34,646 nt of DNA, taken from positions 1 to 34,646 of IMG/VR virus record IMGVR_UViG_3300042393_000897. The stretch is one strand, 5' to 3'. Below the pieces are notes generated by a model. It saw only the letters and a program-made list of their open reading frames with translations. It was not told the DNA's origin and made no database searches. The first letter of the stretch is position 1; each line of letters begins with the position of its first letter. A program made the translations under genes and the position numbers. Origin of the DNA: a virus. Lineage: Duplodnaviria; Caudoviricetes. Positions 33,442-34,646 of the stretch are shown in pieces.

Positions 33442-34023
33442 ATGAGCAACGACTATGTGATTGCCGTCGAGGGCCTCGCTGATCTGCGGGACATCGACAA
33501 CTTGGACGAAGCGATCGTCGTTGCTGCCCGGCAGGCGATCAACAAGGCTGCCGATCGTGGTCGCACCCGCGCAGACCGGGAGATTCGACAACAGGTTAAC
33601 TTCCCCGCCCGCTACCTGAGTGAACGCCTGAAGGTTAGTCGGCGGGCCTCGGGCAGATCGCTGGAAGCGTCCATCACCGGCAGGGACCGCCCAACCTCAC
33701 TGGCTCGATTTGCGAAGAACAAGAGCGCCAGCGCTGCCCGCGCAAAGGGTGGTGTGTCGGTGCAGGTTTCCCCCGGCGAGACCAAGTTTATGAAGGGCGC
33801 CTTCCTGATGCAGCTACGCGGTGGCAACACCGGGCTGGCCATCCGGTTGAAAGAAGGCGATTCCGTTCGCAACAAGAAGTACATGACCAAGGTGGGTAAG
33901 GGCCTGTATCTTCTCTATGGCCCAAGTGTTAGCCAGGTTTTTCGTTCCGTCGCTGAAGAGCAGACGGTGCCCGAGACTGCTGATTTTCTGGAACAAGAGT
34001 TCCTTCGACTGCTGGATTTGTGA
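33442..34023 (+). CDS. Tail completion protein (gpZ-like)
   Basis: AARQAINK, RPTSLARF, GAFL, LYGPSVSQVF. Confidence 0.8.
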   Translation: MSNDYVIAVEGLADLRDIDNLDEAIVVAARQAINKAADRGRTRADREIRQQVNFPARYLSERLKVSRRASGRSLEASITGRDRPTSLARFAKNKSASAARAKGGVSVQVSPGETKFMKGAFLMQLRGGNTGLAIRLKEGDSVRNKKYMTKVGKGLYLLYGPSVSQVFRSVAEEQTVPETADFLEQEFLRLLDL

Positions 34024-34034
34024 GGTAGAGCTGG

Positions 34035-34526
34035 ATGTCTGACCCTTTCCGCCTGCGGGTACTGCAATCGCTGACCACTGTTTTGGAAGGCATTACGCCT
34101 GCCAATGGTTACACGCACGACCTAACCGGGCGGGTATTTCGCGGCAGGGATATCTTCGGCGAGGACGATCCGGTGCCGATGGTCTGCATCTTGGAAGCCG
34201 TCGAAGAGAAGCCTCAACTCGCATCCCCTCAGTCCAGCGGCGAGTCTGCTGGCCCTTGGGAGCTACAGATTCAGGGCTTCGTTGAAGACGACCGCATGAA
34301 CCCAACCGATCCCGCGCACCGGCTGATGGCTGAAGTTAAAAAGCGCCTGATCGAAGAACGCACTCGCGAACGTCAACGCAACATCCTCGGGATGGGCGGG
34401 CGCATTACTGAGCTAAAAATCAGCCACGGAGTAGTTCGCCCAGCCGATGAGATTTCGGGAAAGGCATACTTCTGGTTGAGATTAACCCTGGGACTGGTAG
34501 AGAATCTGCTGGACCCCTACACCTGA
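34035..34526 (+). CDS. Tail terminator protein (gpU-like position)
   Basis: ITPANGY..DL..RVFRGR..FG; directly upstream of the tail tube gene. Confidence 0.75.
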   Translation: MSDPFRLRVLQSLTTVLEGITPANGYTHDLTGRVFRGRDIFGEDDPVPMVCILEAVEEKPQLASPQSSGESAGPWELQIQGFVEDDRMNPTDPAHRLMAEVKKRLIEERTRERQRNILGMGGRITELKISHGVVRPADEISGKAYFWLRLTLGLVENLLDPYT

Positions 34527-34572
34527 CCCGGGGTTTCAACCTGTGGCAGCATTTTCAACAATGAGGTGAAAC

Positions 34573-34646
34573 ATGGCTAACAACTACACCCTTGGTCGTG
34601 GGGAGGTGCACTTCGGTCAATTCAAGCCGACGACCCAAATCCCACG
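34573..34646 (+). CDS. Major tail (tube) protein, 5' partial
   Basis: GAGGTG RBS; MANNYTLGRGEVHF N-terminus resembles Chi-like tail tube proteins; runs off the window. Confidence 0.75.
   Translation, partial: MANNYTLGRGEVHFGQFKPTTQIP

Overview
About 34.6 kb of a temperate long-tailed dsDNA phage. It has a lambda-type head module (gpNu1/gpA-type terminase, gpW, portal, S49 protease, gpD, gpE) and Chi-like gene order. A Pseudomonas-like host is inferred from composition and gene content, not proven. Left to right: a lambda-like cos region (~235-550), a leftward accessory operon with an HU homologue, spanins, a palindromic replication origin, primase-helicase, DUF2800/DUF2815, a family B DNA polymerase, a PAPS-reductase-like gene, VRR-NUC, SNF2 helicase, repressor/Xis, GH19 endolysin, a structured intergenic RNA candidate, a dusA-associated tyrosine integrase, a PUA-like/HNH nuclease plus DNA methyltransferase, small leftward genes, the head genes, an SGNH esterase insertion and the start of the tail genes. 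Both cos and attP look uncut, which suggests a circular or unintegrated form. Main findings: (1) the polymerase gene is split in the fingers domain by an intron-less HNH-AP2 homing endonuclease, and each half carries a new coiled-coil extension, one basic and one acidic; (2) two complete dusA-type attP sites lie in direct orientation 2441 bp apart around the nuclease+methylase cassette; (3) an acidic (F)D[DE]LI(G) motif is shared by many unrelated proteins; (4) a 17-bp TTCAAC-N5-GTTGAA palindrome recurs across the window. All family assignments are by motif recognition, not database search.
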